This document shows positions 51,333-64,000 of a stretch of 64,000 nt of DNA, piece after piece (within the stretch, counting starts at the first letter, position 1; the number at the start of each line of letters is the position of its first letter). Location of the stretch: NCBI GenBank assembly GCA_905331295.1, contig CAJNYD010000074.1:310001-374000 (forward strand), read 5' to 3'. This DNA comes from Rotaria socialis. Taxonomy: Eukaryota. The notes under the pieces are model-generated. The model was given only the letters and a program-made list of their open reading frames with translations, was not told the DNA's origin and searched no databases. The translations under genes were made by a program, and so were the position numbers.

Positions 51333-52056
51333 GGCCAATGCTGAATACTACTGAAACAAGCAAGAGAAGCAGATGAAATGACGTGCCGCTCTTTTTTTCT
51401 CTCTTCGATGTCGTCTTTTTGTTTCCACTTTTCTACTGTTATAGAAAAAAAAAGCTTATTCTCTTTCTCTTTTTATGCATCGACCGTGCTTCTTCTCTTT
51501 TTTTTCTACATTCTTACTATATATACTGGGCAAATAACGTTCTCTTTCTTGCGTTCAATCTATAATTCATCTGAGACACAAAAAAAAACGGAATGGAGTG
51601 CGCTTGCAAATATAAAAAAACGACCAAGCAAAAAAGTGGAATGAAAAACGACTTTTCAGCTTGTTTTCTATAGCTGCGTAGCACGCTCTCTGATCATTAT
51701 AGGAGTGGGGTTCTCATTTTTCTTCTCTTCCTCATCATATAAACAGGAAAAACTCCGATCAAAGATCGTCCGTTCGACTGGAAAGTCAATATATATATGT
51801 ATTCATATCAATTTACCAATTCGTTTTTTTTTATATACATATTTGTTGTATAAGAAATGCGATTAGCTCTAGAAGTTTGATGAAGAAAAAATCGGACCCG
51901 AACATATGTAGAACAAGATGATTTGGTTTTTTTTTATTTTTTTCGAAAAAAAAACAATGGTTCAACAAAGTAGTGTTAAAATAATTACTTTTAACAAGCG
52001 AAAATTAGCCTAAAAAGATTTTTATAAGGAAAGAAAAAAAGTTCCATTTTTCTTTT

Positions 52057-55000
52057 TCAGCGTTCTTCTTCTGCACGCCATTGAACTTTTTTACTGTGGC
52101 TCTCAAGTGCATCACGTAACTTTTTATCGATCATTTCTTCGGTTAATGTACCATCTTCAGATGCATAAGCAGATGCCTACAAAAATAGATCAGTTTTTTC
52201 TAGGAAAAAGTAGATAAACTGGCTAACGAACCTGACAAGCAGCTAGTAATTTAGCTATTTCACGACCGGAAAAGCCATCTGTACGTTGTGCTAGTTCTTC
52301 ACATTTTTTTTCGAAATCAAATGAACCGATTTTAATTGGACTAAAAAAATAAAACAAATTTTAAAAACAAGTTTTCTTCAACTTATTCGATTAGAATTTA
52401 CCGACGACGTTCCGCTGACTTTAATATGTAGGTATCAAAATAAAGAAAAGTCATTCGGCGACGTTCTTCTAAACTTGGTATATTAAATTGTACCATTTCA
52501 TCAAGGCGGTCGTTTACTGCCCAGTCAAACTGTTCAGGTTCGTTACTTGCCAAAACTAGCATGAAACTGCAGAAGAAGAAGAAGAAGAAAAGAGAACGAT
52601 TGTAGGAAGTAAGGTTTCATTGACAAATAATTCGTACACGAGATGGATTCATGAAGTCATATAGAATATTTTCTTTTTAAGTTAATCAGAAAACATGTGT
52701 ACCAAGAAATCTTAGAAGTTATTAGGCAGCATCAGAATTAGAAAATGAAACGATATATGACTAAGCATCCGCTTGTTTTTCTTCTATTTCGTTAAAATGG
52801 CTTTACAATTACATACACTACTGCTGTGAATTTAATCGGCCTGATAAGAAAAATGTATATATATATATATATATATACATATAAAATAAACTTGATTTGA
52901 TCATCTTAGAGAGAGATTGTGCAGGAAACGCGTTACCGTTTCTTTAAGACGGAAAAAAGAAAGAAAAATCATTTTCTTAAACGGAAATAAATCTTTCCGG
53001 AATTGAGCCAATTGCATCGTTCACTGAATCAATCATGGAGGCTATTATTTTCAATTCCAATAATCTGCGAGATTTCTTCTTCCAAGTGCTGACTATTGTG
53101 CAATTGATCATCGCAAAATAATTATACATTATCGTATCAATATATTTAATCTTCCTATTATCATGGCCTTGATTGTAACAGAAAAAGGCTGAACGAACAT
53201 AATCGATAAGCCAAACTGTTTTTTTTTACTTTTCTTTTTGTTGCTCTTCGCCGAACAATTATTATTATGTGATACAGAAGTCTTAAAAAAACCAGTCTAT
53301 TCTGTTTCAAGCGTACAGACATGTGATTAACTGATTAATTGATTATTCATTTTATTGACTTTCAAATGAGATAGTATTGGTTGTTGCAATATAGTATTAA
53401 TAATAATCGTTTGAGATTAAAAACAAGCTTTCTATGATAAATATTCTTAATTTTTGTTTCATTTCTTTGGATAATTCTGTAAGTCCGACGGTAAATAACA
53501 TCAAAACTGAAAAGAGCTCGTCAACTCAGTTGCTTTCAGATCGAAATGTACAACTCATAATGTATTTTTTGGTCTCATTATAAGAATACAAAATATATCA
53601 ATTGAAAAATCTCTAATAGAGTGTACTTATTTTTCAAGGCTAATCGATGATCAGAGAAATGATCCATGTTATTTGGTTGTTTATTTCGAACGAAAACGTT
53701 TTTTCTCTCTCAACGGTACTTGTTATATTTTTTTATTTGCCTTAGTGTTATTTGTTGCTTGTTTTTTTTCGTTTCAAATTTTTCTTTTTTTGCTTCATTT
53801 AATATTACTATTATTGTAATCTTTGATTTTCACAGGCAGATAAATCTATTTTACATGTTGATTATATATACAGTACATCTTAATATACTATTAAGTATAT
53901 ATATAAAACACTGATAATGATCATTAACTTAATTAATTCATATTGGTTATGTTGATCGAATTATAACTATAACGAATCTATGCATTGCAAACTGTCCTAC
54001 TTGACATTTAGAAGAGAAATTATTATCGGAAGAAAATTTCCCAGATTCAAATAGCTACTCAACGTTTGGGGAAGTCTCAGTTGTATTGTCAATGCTGTAT
54101 AGTGCGTTTTCCGCAACGCTAATGAACCTTGGTAACGCCATCTGGCATCTACTGTCCTTGATTACTATGGAAATGACCTATCCTCGATGGCAATTTTCTT
54201 TCCTTTATTGATATGAAGCGTATATAATTGAAAATCTATTTTTCAAAGCTTGATCTCACTATAATTTTCTTTGGCAAACATCATCGATGTTTAAGAAGAA
54301 TATTTTTCAGTTGTGATATATATATATATATTAAACAAATTACATGAAAAATCGAAGCAGCAGGTGGGTAGAAAGATTGCTTCAGAGAAACAATCTATTT
54401 TTATCTAAAACCACTGGAGTAACATAGACAAAGAAGTATAATAGCAAATACTAATACCTATTTATTGGTAAATATCATCAAACGCGCTATGATCGATGAC
54501 TTATTTGCCTTTCTAATCTATCCTGTTTTCAAGTAAGAATTCAAGCATATTTATGAGAAGTATTAAGTAAAAGGTCACGAAAATTACTGCATGTTGTAGT
54601 CAAGGATATTTGATAGGAAATTTTTGATTGTAAGAATAACTTCCTATCATCTTTCAAAAGACAAAATACCCAAAGGGAAATTCCATATACTATACTAAAC
54701 AAATGAATAGCATCGGAAAGATCGAAGTAATATACTACGATACCAGTCAAGAAAATTTATTCATGAAATCATTGATTTTGCGCATAACTTACCGACTCGA
54801 TTGTTCACCAGTGCGATAAAGAAATGCATTCAGTGCTGCACGCATATCTTCTCCGATTTTTTCTGTAGCTCGTTTTCTTAAAAATGCATCAGCTTCATCA
54901 ATAAATAACAAAAGACCGCGACGACTTGTTTGTGACCAATCGAATACTTTATGTATAGCAGTAACTGCTTCACGACCTAATGGGGCTACGTCACCACCAG

Positions 55001-57225
55001 TCATTATAGCGTAATCAAGACCTGAATGAGCAGCTAATTTCTATATAAAACGTTGATATTTTCCCAATTAATTATTTAATCGAGTCAAATATTTACCTTA
55101 GCAAATAGAGTTTTACCTAAGAAAAACAAATACCATGATTGAATTCTAGAAATAAATTCTTTTTTCTTTCTTTACCAGTTCCTGGTGGTCCATGCATAAG
55201 TAAATTTCTAAATAAGCCATAATTTCGTTTTGTAAATCTTGTTGCTATAGCTATTTCACGTAGACGAGATTCAAGTGCTGGATCAAGGACGACGCCTTTC
55301 AATGAATCTTCAGCTTTCGAAAAAAAATGAAACCGTATGGTTTTCACCGGTGAACGAAGTGCAGTAAGTAGTGTGGTTCGAGATGTTTCACGAATTAATG
55401 ATGGTTTACCAAGACGTGAATCAATATACTTAACGGCTGTTTGAGTTGCACCACGTGCTGAATAAACACCAAGAGCAAGTAATGTAATACCACCAGTCTA
55501 TACAAGCGGACGGCGATAGTATTTTGTTTTTCGGGGAAATCGTTTTCTTTTAAAGACTTACTGCCATAAGAACTTTACTTGGATTTTCAAGTAAACTTGT
55601 TATACCAGATCCAACAACAGTACCTGCTGTTTTAATACTTTCGAGAATTGTTTTACGTTGTTCTTCAGCTTTAAGTTTGATTTGTTCGAGATAAATTTCA
55701 CGATTCTCTCTTTCGATTTGAGCTTTGCCTTTTAGTTCTGCTTCAAGGCGTTTCATTTCATACTGATGACGAACTTGTTCAGCATATTCAATTGAACCTA
55801 AATACTTATCAATAAAAGATATTCAAGAAATATTTAAACATATTTCTAACGTTGTTTCATTTCTTCTTGTTTTCGAACTGAGTCTTCTTGTTGACGAAGT
55901 TCTTGGTCGTGTAGACGAGCCTAATTATTAATAAGAAAATATTCATTATTGCACGTAGATAAACATTTGATATTACCTTTTCAGCAGCTTGATCTTGCAT
56001 ACGTTTTCGGGCTAATTGATCTTGAAATTTTGCTCTCTAAAAATAGAGAATATTGAGAAAAGAAAATGATCTAAAGAGAAATGTATACTTCATTTTGATG
56101 ATGAGTTTCATCATTCATCATTCGTCGTTTTTCTTCATTTAATTGTAGTTGATGTTTGAAACGAATTTCTTCATCATGTTGAGAATACTCCTAACAGAAA
56201 AGAATTCAATAAATCGTATCATTCTTTAGCAATATGATTTCACAGGAAAGAAAACACCTTTCATATCGATACATTCGGATAGCATTTCTTTTGATAATTT
56301 ATTATGCAACACATGCATGTTAAATTATTTTCAATTGCCTAAAATCCCTTTTATACACAATCGTTTTATGCAATTTATTATAGACAGCACAACGTTAATT
56401 TTTTCTAAGTCTGTTTGAGCTCTACGAATAATTGAATTTATCCTTGTTTAGCTCTATGAGTTGTTAATAGGACTTGAGAAGTCAAAAACACTATTTTGTA
56501 TCCGAATGAAAAGGTCAAAAACTAATTCTAAATGGCGCAAGTCCTGCTCGCGAATGCCAAAAACCTTGTCCTTTCACAGAAATAGATATCTGGAAAACCA
56601 ATCTTTTTTTGTATTGCACTCTTACTGAAAATGTCATCATAAATACAATCAACAATGCCGAGTATGTCATAAAATTAGATAGATATTTGCTACTTACACT
56701 TTAGTTAATTCACTAATCTATTCAAAATTAAATTAAAGATAGTTATATTAGAACCGCAGTGATTCTAATGAATTAACTTTTACTGTATTGATTTAGCATA
56801 TTGATAGAAAAGACTATTTTAGAAATCATGTTGACGAATTTCTAGTCACAATGGTTATGAGTATTTACTTTCATTTGCTTCTGTATTTCAAGTTGTTTTG
56901 TTTGCTCTTGCATTTTAACAACATCGAATGCTTGATTAGCATATTCTTAAATAGATTAACATGCTGAAAACATATCCTACATAATTGAGTAGCTCTTACT
57001 TGAACGTTCAAGTTCTTTGGCTGCTTGAGCAGCTCGTTCAAGTGCGCCCGAATCAAATTTATATATCGATTCACGACTGGCGTAAACTTTAGAGTTGCCA
57101 TCGGTTGATGAAGGTTTTTCATTTCCATCATTTTTTGATGATGATGATGAGCTTTCACTACTTCCACCTGAACCTTGAGATGGAAGATCCGACACCGGTC
57201 TTTTATAACCAAATAACCAAGACAT
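52057..57225 (-). CDS. ATAD3: ATPase family AAA domain-containing protein 3 (mitochondrial), multi-exon
   Basis: MSWLFG start, [31 protein letters not shown], Walker [10 protein letters not shown], Walker [38 protein letters not shown]. Stop TGA at 52057-52059. Confidence 0.97.
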
Positions 57226-57962
57226 CTAAAAATAAGATTCATTGTAGTATTCGAGAAATAGTATATGAAATTGTAAAAATTTGTTTTATCGTAATTTTTT
57301 ATGCTTTCATTATTGGCACCTATACTTTCACCTTGAACTTTTAGTACTAAAATTGCACTTATTGATAAAATACTGTTGAAAATCGATATAAATTGTACAG
57401 AATGGTTAAAATAATCTGATGCAATGTATGTGCCCCTTGGTAATGGTTAATATCTGTAACTTCTATGCAGAATTTTCTGACTTCTGTTTTAAAAGAATAT
57501 TTATTTTAAAGTGATCGATTCCATTTTATCGATTGCTTGGAATTAGAATTTTATTTTTATTAATTAGGAAGTTCTCATTCTATATTGGTTCGTTCATATC
57601 AAATTGAGATCAATGATGAGGCGCCCTCTACAAAGCTCATCTCGTTTTTTTTCTATAGTCTCAAATTTTATTTGATTCTAATCATTAAACTACATCAAAT
57701 AACGAAGAATTCTTTTTACTATAATAGATTAAGAAAATTTTGCATCAAAATGAAGATTTTAATCTGACCAACATGGCAGAGTAAAGTAAAGTGACGCAAT
57801 TTGATTGGTGTTTTTCATTCTAGAAGAAGTTCATCATATAATTTTCTGCCTGGGTCGTTGACGTTGACTATGAACGCTGATGTTATTTCATTCTTTGTAG
57901 ATTGTATATCATTTAAGTTTTTTGTTGTTGTTGCTGTTATTTTTCTTTTATCGAATTGAACG
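57226..57962. promoter_or_regulatory. Probable bidirectional promoter region between ATAD3 and the RRM gene
   Basis: Head-to-head start codons ~740 bp apart. Clustered AACATGGC (YY1-like, 57770), TGACGCAA (ATF/CEBP-like, 57792) and ATTGG (CCAAT box, ~57804). Confidence 0.55.
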
Positions 57963-58927
57963 ATGCCAACGAAATTGTATATTGGTAATGTGCCTCCAAC
58001 AGTAAGCTCAACTGAACTGAAAGAATTATTTGAAAAATATGGGAAAGTACTAGAATGTGACATTGTAAAAGATTATGCCTTTGTTGTAAGTCGTTTTTTT
58101 CCTATAAGAAGATCATTTTATAGTGATTTCTTTTAGCATATGGAAGATGCAAGCAAAGCCAAAGCATCTATAGCTGCTTTAAATGATTTTAATTTAAAAG
58201 GAAGTCGTATCAGAGTTGAAGTATGTGATGACTTAATAGACTATTTTAAAGTTGATATTTATTTTTATGATTATTTCATAGGTATCAACAACTCAACTAA
58301 GAAATTCGAGTCGTCCATCGTAAGAACTCGTTTAGTTTTTATTTGGGTATTTCTTTTATTAAATTAGAAAATTTATCTTTTTCTTAAATACAGCCGTCGA
58401 GAAGAATCATCACGTTATGAATCAGGTTCAATGTCAATGCGATCAGCTCGGTAAGTGATCTTTTTATTATATTGAAGAATCGTTGAATGAGAATTTTCTT
58501 CTTTTAGAAGTCGAGATATGCCAATGATGACATCAAGTCGAAATGGTAGTTACTCAGGTGGCGGCGGTCCCGATCGCTCGTATCCGAGTATGCGTAATAG
58601 CTACATGGAAGCACGATCTCGTCCGTACGATTCACCTTATGAACGTCAACGTATACCACAACATATAGCACCAATGAGCTATCCCGATCCGTACAGTCGT
58701 CCTGGTGGTGATCCGTACAGTATGCGTAGTGGAGGTGTTGATCCGTATGGTCGCGACGACTTTTATCATCATCGAGGACCACCAATGTCGATTGCTGATC
58801 ATTATGGACGTGGACCACCGATGCGGTATGTCGTTATTCGTGCATAATAGAAAGAAAGAAAAAAAATGAGTTTCATATCGAAAATCGTCGACCTATTGGT
58901 TTCCTTTTTCTATATATTCAAGTCCCG

Positions 58928-58960
<33 letters not shown>

Positions 58961-59397
58961 GTGTCTCTTTCTCTCTATCTCTCACTATAAATATTCGTAC
59001 GTTCAAACGTCCCCATTGGTCGTAATCCGTTTCAGGTCTGCTTACGATGCCTACGCTGCTTATTCGTCTGGACCGAGTTCAATGGGACCACCACGAAGGT
59101 AAGCACGAAATCTATAAATTACAGACTACGTTCAGTTCGTGTATAAATAAATGGAAAATCTGGTCGAATTGCTTTATTTTTCATGAGACTTACATAAAAG
59201 CAACCGACAAAGAAAGAAAAGGAAGAAAAACGAACCTATCGTTCTTCGTATTTATATAATCTTACATTAGTCGTTATCCTGCATCTCCACCATCATCACG
59301 TTATGGGTCATCACCACGATTATCATCATCGTCTCGTCGTCCAGCAAGAAGATCACCGCCGCCACCACCATCGAGTTCATCACGATCGCGTCGATAA
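57963..59397 (+). CDS. RBM4/lark-family-like RNA-binding protein: one RRM plus an R/S/Y/P/G-rich tail
   Basis: [49 protein letters not shown]. Exons ~57963-58085, 58137-58220, 58282-58319, 58394-58450, 58508-58825, 59036-59098, 59271-59397. Confidence 0.88.
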
Positions 59398-61715
59398 AAC
59401 AAATCAATTATGGTTGATACGCCGTGATTATTTTAAACAAACCAAAATTTTCATAGTGAACTATTTCCTCATACACACATTCTCAGAGCCGAATGAAACA
59501 AAGAATTATGTGCAAAACATAATACTGATCTGTTTCATCAATCAGTCAAACTGAGAGAATACTGTATATAAAGTTGAAATTTTTTTCTTTATTCCCCCTT
59601 CTTTTTTCCTTGAATTGTAAGCGGAACAATTAAACATGTTGTCTTGCGATTTCCCCTTTCTTTGTTCTTTATTCATTTCCTTTATGTTTGTTGTATGTGT
59701 ATTTGTCTATGTACGAGTGATAAACGAAAACAAGTCTATATATAGACTTACTATGAAGAAGAAAAAAAAATAATCTCAAATATCTGATTGCATTCTTTTT
59801 TTTTATCTAATACAAAGATAAAAAATTCAGATATAAGATTTCTATTAGAAAATACTTTTATTGAACACAAGTACTTCTCGTCCGTTGAAATATCTGAGAG
59901 AAAAATTCAATTTTTCTTTCCTTTCGAAAAGCCTCCAAACACGTATGGTTCACACTGAAGTTTGAACGGGGAATTGCTATCGCCGTTGAAAACACTCAAT
60001 AAAGCAAAAATTCCTATGATTATTTAGTAATTTCATTTGCTTGGTTACACGGCACTATGCGTTCACTTGAAATATTTTTTTTGGAATTGAATTGAAATCA
60101 AGCAAACTTGTTTTTTAAACAAATTCCATACAAGCAAAGGAAAAACGTTGTAAACATGAATTTAAAGGAAACATCTAATTAAAGCAATTTTCTATATGGA
60201 TTCTTCAGTTTATCATATTTGAATTCAACTATTCAGATAAAACAATAACATGAAATAAAATAAATTTTGCATAATATAAAACATGTTTATGTCATAACAC
60301 AATAGGAAATGAGATTTCTATCGACATAACTACGTTTCAATATTGTAATGCCCACCCAACAAATTAATAGTCTAGCTAAATGAATGAATCATTTTTGTAG
60401 AATAAATCGTATGTTGTTTTGAATAATCACGAATAATTTAAAATTCAAGAAAAAAACAGATTGACCTTCATGATTAATCGAAACATTTGCTGTTTTATTT
60501 TAAATAAAATCTGTAAAATAGTTGTATAAGAAATTTTCATTTCATTGTCTGTTCTTGAATAGAATTAAATTAACAGTTGATATTATTTCCATCGAAAAAT
60601 GTTTAGCTACCTTCCGATCACCATTTTTTATCCGTACTTTTCATGTGTAGATATCCTATATGACTGACTGTGTTATCTGTTTAAGACAATTGCCTAACAA
60701 TTTTTTTTATTCACTACGGACGATTTTACACGTATTACAACGAATGATCTGCCATCATTTTTTTTTTCTAGTATGAATTCCATGTGCAGTAGTTTGAATC
60801 TACGAGAAGAGCATTTACATCATCACATATGAAAGCATACACATCATTTATATGAAGTTTTCTTTGTTCAATATTTCTAAGAATTGTATCTTACGATAAC
60901 TAGGATAATAGGTTCATATGTTTAACTATCCATTAGTATTCTTCAGTGCAAAACTGTTCATTGTAATCCCGAAGATTTCGAACGTGACTAGTTTCTTTAC
61001 TTGAACATATGTCTTTCTCATGTTTATGATCTAGAATGGAACGGTCAATATTGTATGAACATATACGTATCTCGGTCAGTAAATAACACAGAACATCATG
61101 CTTTGTATTAAGTAGCTTTTATGACTATATATGTTTTGTTGTGATTATAATTATTTTTTTCTAATGATATTATCGTGCAGATTAAAGGAAGCAAGGTAGT
61201 GATTTGTATAATGTTTAATAAAAAAATTTAAGGAAACTACTGTTTAAAATTTTATATAAATATTTAGTGAGAAAACAAGTCTTTATTGTTGTTGTTGAAT
61301 ATGCTAAACATCGAGATTGATAATTTGATAGAACGTACGTTTTGTATGACATAAACGTTTTTCCTTCATAGTTTTTTCTCATCTCCGATTTCTTCCATTA
61401 ATGCATTTGCTGATCCTCGTTGCATGTTATTTCTTTTTCCGATAAAAGAATTGTTGCCTTGTTCTGGGACTGTCTATAGCCCCGGCTTGAACAAATTCAC
61501 TTCCCAGCACAGAATCAACAAGAAGAGAAAGAAATTCTAGTTTTTCATATCGAAAGCGCTTCAGCTATAACAGGAAGAAAGGGCAAAATCGTCGAGAAGA
61601 AAAAAAGGAAAAAGAAAAAAGAAGTTTTTTTGCTAATTTACCCTTATTTTCTTTTCACGCCATTCGTCACACTGTTGGGGGGAAAACGCCACATTTATAA
61701 AATAAAAATACTGGA

Positions 61716-62607
61716 ATGATCATGTGGTACCGTTTATCAACATTAATAACAGCATCACTAATATTGATTTTCACCACAAATATTCAAGGAAGAGATTGGA
61801 TCGACTACGATGAACCATCATCCAATGTTGATGCAACATTCGAGGATGATTCCGATCAATATTTGAGCGCATTAACACGTGATGAAGAGCAAGAAATACA
61901 CAGTCCACTTGTAACCGGTTATAAATATGTGTCAGGTAATAATCTTTTTTTGTAAAAGAAATAGAGATTCTACGAAGTTCTATTTTAATATTTAGGTGGA
62001 GCAGGTGAAGGTCGACAACATCTTAGTCCTAGTGGTGAAATACCAAATCATCCTGAAGTAAAAACCGACGAAGAACTTCCATCCTATTGTAGTCCTCCTA
62101 ATCCATGTCCATTAGGTTTTGAAGGTAAAATTAAGTTTAAAAGACAAATAATTAAAGAAAAATTCTTGTTATATTTATTTACAGCTGATGATTGTGACGC
62201 ATCAGAAATGTCTAAATTTACAGCTGAATACAGTCGACTATATCAAGCTACGCAAGATTGCCAATGTGACAATGATCATGACGAATGCTATGCGAATAGC
62301 ATTATGGTAAAGAGATAAAGTTGATGATTGATTTAAATTAATTTTTCAAGCTCGTTATTTTCAGTATACTGTTCCACCACATGGCTCATCAAAGGGTATT
62401 TTAAAGCGTGCTCGGCGAATTAGACGCGTATGTTAATGGTTGGCTTGTTTTTTCTTGATCTAAAAATTAAATATTCTATTTTAGAGTGCTCGTCATTCAG
62501 ATGAAAAAAATCATACGAAAGTTAATTCGAAACAAAATCCATATCATAAAGGACAGACTCTGCGACTCCATGTTGCTAAAAAGTCTCCAATGAGTATGGT
62601 GTCGTAA
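61716..62607 (+). CDS. SCG5: Neuroendocrine protein 7B2 (secretogranin V; PC2 chaperone/inhibitor)
   Basis: Signal peptide, GYKYVSGGAGEGRQHL, LPSYCSPPNPCP, FTAEYSRLYQATQDCQCDNDH, polybasic RRIRR, NPY..HVAKK. Exons 61716-61935, 61996-62124, 62184-62306, 62365-62427, 62485-62607. Confidence 0.95.
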
Positions 62608-64000
62608 ATTATGATGTATCCATTTATTTAATTCAATGAAAAAAAGATTCAATTGCAGCAGAATACTTTCAAAAACTTAAAGAGAAGAAGAAAAATTTGA
62701 AAATACAAGTAATTATTTTTGATTGACATATATATGTATTCGTTTAAAATTCGAATCGAATGTAAATCATTATTCCTTCGTAATGAAATCCTTTATTATT
62801 TTTTGTCTTCAATTCATACAATGAGATCAATAAAATATTTTCTTCTTCATAGTATATTATCTCATGTCAATCTATTTTTACATTGATTTTATGCACCGAT
62901 TTTCAAAGCAATTCTATCAAAGGTGAAACAAACAAATATTTGCTTTCAATTAACAGAATTCATACGAGAGTTTTCAGATGGAAATGCATCACAAAGATTC
63001 ATAAGAAGACGTCTCATAGAGTTAATAAGATAGTCAAACAATCTTGCTAGTTCTGTCGGGCTATAATGAATGTTTTTCAATAATCAGATGTCTACCATCC
63101 GCTTCCGAAGCCTCTCTAACACTACAAAATGAAATCTAATAGAATTTCATTGACTGTTTTTTACAAAAGATTTTTCAAAGTAAATTGACGAAATGCACAA
63201 AGTTGTTAGTAATTATTAATGAAACTCATCTATTTTTTAGCGATATTTTTAAAAAGAGATGCATCTTGTTGGGTTCGAGGATTTTCAATGGAAAGGTAGG
63301 GCGAGATTGAATGGTTTTTTTTTGACTCTTGATGACAATTTTAAGCATCGCAGCTAAGAATTTCATTTTTATCATGTTCTAATTTTACCATGTCAATACA
63401 TATTTTCATGAAAATATAACACTAATGATAAAATGAATTCATATAAAAGAAAAACATGCTTGGCTAAGTCGAAATAATGATGATTCATTCTCTTGAACGT
63501 ATACATCACAGTTGAATCTTTTTTTGAACATAATAATCGAACGTGCTTTGTGCTTGTTGGCTACTGCAGTCATATTTATTCGTTTCTGATTCATGAAAAG
63601 GAAAATTGCCCGTTCAACACTCATTCTGGAGAAAGAGCTTTTATTAATCATCTATGAAAAGCAATACTTCGAAAGCACTCACAAAAATATGATTTCAGTC
63701 AAGCTTTGAAACTGGTTTGTAATACAAAAAAACTAGACTTGACAAGCAGTCAAGTCATCATTCCTATAAATCCATTGGTTCAATTAAATAACTGGTACGA
63801 AAAAACTGAAATGCAATTAAAACACGTTTATAAACAATTCATCTAAAGCACACTTGAATAGACGAGAAAACAAAATGCTTGTTTTGCGCTTTTCTTAGAA
63901 AAAATATCGATTATTTTTAATTGTTCATGTGCAATAGCACAAACAGTATTATCAAACATGACATCGCAGTCAAAAGTGCGCGATCTTCTTATTACAGGTA

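Noticed and set aside
52567..54792. Nested gene or snoRNA in the long ATAD3 intron
   Set aside because: No convincing ORF or box C/D or H/ACA structure seen by eye; an Infernal/BLASTX search would be needed.
1..64000. Horizontally acquired genes or hammerhead-bearing retroelements
   Set aside because: All recognised genes are intron-containing eukaryotic/metazoan families. No reverse transcriptase ORF or complete hammerhead core was seen.

Overview
AT-rich, intron-dense animal genomic DNA with many ~50-65 nt GT-AG introns; the style suggests a bdelloid rotifer or similar microinvertebrate, but the taxon is inferred. No prokaryotic features, CRISPR arrays, rRNA or tRNA were recognised. Six genes, left to right: the 5' end of a secreted CUB-domain protein (-); a CCDC17-like gene (+); a ~39 kb giant ankyrin gene (-); ATAD3 (-); a head-to-head single-RRM RBM4/lark-like gene (+); and neuroendocrine protein 7B2 (+). 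The ankyrin dominates the window. It has at least five candidate alternative first exons (one with an N-myristoylation motif), four 9-30 nt microexons (one at the position of the vertebrate ANK2 MMVNRTTE insert) and a canonical ANK-ZU5-ZU5-UPA-death domain core. After the death domain come seven symmetric phase-1 cassette exons, an ~11.7 kb giant exon and a 4.9 kb terminal exon, giving a predicted protein of roughly 8,000 aa. The giant exon carries an 846-bp (282-aa) tandem repeat with a mosaic pattern of variants and one apparent 1-nt deletion near 19319. All exon models were read by eye and need RNA-seq confirmation.
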